From contig NW_003314280.1 in the NCBI RefSeq assembly GCF_000143415.4, forward strand, positions 1,550,894 to 1,614,893: a DNA stretch of 64,000 nt, in the 5' to 3' direction. Of this stretch, positions 62,845-64,000 are shown piece after piece (positions within the stretch are counted from its first letter, which is position 1; every line of letters begins with the position of its first letter). The DNA comes from Selaginella moellendorffii. Lineage: Eukaryota > Plantae > Lycopodiophyta. Both the position numbers and the translations under genes were made by a program. Below the pieces are notes generated by a model. That model ran no database searches and had not been told where the DNA came from. It saw only the letters and a program-made list of their open reading frames with translations.

Positions 62845-64000
62845 TGTGAGACACAAAATCCCTAAGCCTCAAAGTGGAGCTAGAAAGGGTGCCACATGGT
62901 AGTGGCCAAAGCGAAAGCCAAACAAGCGTAATGCGTTTGGACTAAAAGCTTCGACTTGGAAGGTCGAGAGCGGGAGTGGAACTCCCAACAAAGGGCTCGA
63001 GGAACAAGCGCGAAGCGAGCAATAAACAAGGTTCCAAAAAGGGACCCAAAAAGGACCAACACATGACACGTGGAAGTGTCCGAGATGGAGTCCGAGACGG
63101 ACCCTAGTTGGAGTCCGAGATGGACCTGAAGTGGAGTCCGAAGTGGAGTCCGAAGTGGAGTCCGAGATGGAGTCTGATATGGAGTCCGAGATGGACCCGA
63201 AGTGGAGTCCGAGATGGAGTCCGAGGTGGACCGAGACTGAGTCCGAGATGGACCCGAGATGGAGTCTGAGATGGATCGAGATGGAGTTCGAGATGGAGTC
63301 CGAGATGGACCGAGACGGAGTCCGAGATGGAGTCTGAGATGGAGTCCGAGAAGGACCCGAGATGGAGTCCGAGGTCGAGACCGAGACCGAGACCGGGACC
63401 GAGACCGGGGCCGAGATCGAGACCGAGGCCAAGGCGAGACCGAGCCCGAGCCCGAGTCCGAGTCCGAGTCCGAGTCCGAGCCTGAGTCTGAGTCTGAGAG
63501 GGTGAAAGCCCAAAGCGTTCGTCTCCCAGACCCTGGGGGGTTTGGTGAGCTCCAAAAGTATAGTAAGGGGGAGGACTGCAGTAGAGCCAGTTTGGCCAGG
63601 AAATGTCAGTTTGGCCCAGGAAGGCCAGGCCCAGTGTTGGGTGATGAGCTGACCACTGGAAAGTCCAAGACTAGAGTGAACATGGACCGACAAGCGGGGT
63701 AGCTTGGTGAAGTGTTCAAGAGCCGGCTCTAGTTCCCCCGGGAGATCAACTGGCCGATGCTCCCAGTCTAAGTGTGGGTGGCACTACCTACTTGGATACC
63801 AAGTGTGGCTCAACGGAACCTCGCTCTAAGCCCATGGCTAGAGCACCTAAAGGCAAAAGGCGGGGAGAGTACCCAGGTGGCTCGCATAAGGCCACGGTGT
63901 TCCGAAATGTTGTCCCAAAAGCCCAGACTGTGGAAAGGAAGAGGAGCAGTCCTCTGGGGTAGTGACCAAGGACACAGTCGTGTGGTGAGGAAGTCCTAGA
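62845..64000 (+). mobile_element. 5' end/leader of another copy of the Gypsy family, runs off the window
   Basis: Starts TGTGAG; 6/12-bp array GGAGTCCGAGAT at 63075-63500; GGGTGAAAGCCCAAAGCG at 63500; leader similar to the reverse complement of 59640-60075. Confidence 0.7.

Noticed and set aside
63640-63665. GTGATGAG...GAAA as a hammerhead ribozyme core
   Set aside because: Lacks the exact CUGAUGA core and a pairable stem II.
62869-63702. ORFs of 274 and 147 aa, and those at 60085-60413
   Set aside because: Products of hexamer arrays in the retroelement leader; low complexity, open in several frames.

Overview
Eukaryotic nuclear DNA from a compact-genome, flagellated-sperm land plant. The ~50-80 nt introns, very short intergenic gaps, PPR genes and an IFT43 gene suggest a lycophyte such as Selaginella; this is an inference. 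1-32.5 kb is gene dense. It holds a PSAT/LCAT 5' end, a P-class PPR, an SRA-YDG protein, WDR6, proteasome alpha-7, two Mn-CDF/MTP transporters (one with two candidate alternative first exons), a TBC RabGAP, a 7-exon secreted Mid1/FAM155(NALF)-like Cys-rich protein, VPS54 and IFT43. It also holds a decaying duplication (IFT43 pseudogene, two CYP71-clan copies, two germin-like copies, PPR and tRNA-Tyr remnants). 33.5-64 kb is transposon-derived. Its centrepiece is a 12,343-bp DNA transposon (39473-51815) with perfect 24-bp TIRs and a TAAT TSD. It carries a Sola/DUF7869-like DDE transposase and, divergently, a 10-exon ~1,600-codon gene joining a ParB-like domain, a degenerate beta-class DNA-methyltransferase-like domain and an FCP1-like HAD phosphatase. 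About 20 copies of a 22-bp palindrome are scattered through the element, including inside four introns. This is the best candidate for an undescribed system. The rest is a chromodomain Ty3/Gypsy element with an RT deletion, plus LTR and Helitron-like relics. All family assignments come from motif recognition by eye; no database searches were run.
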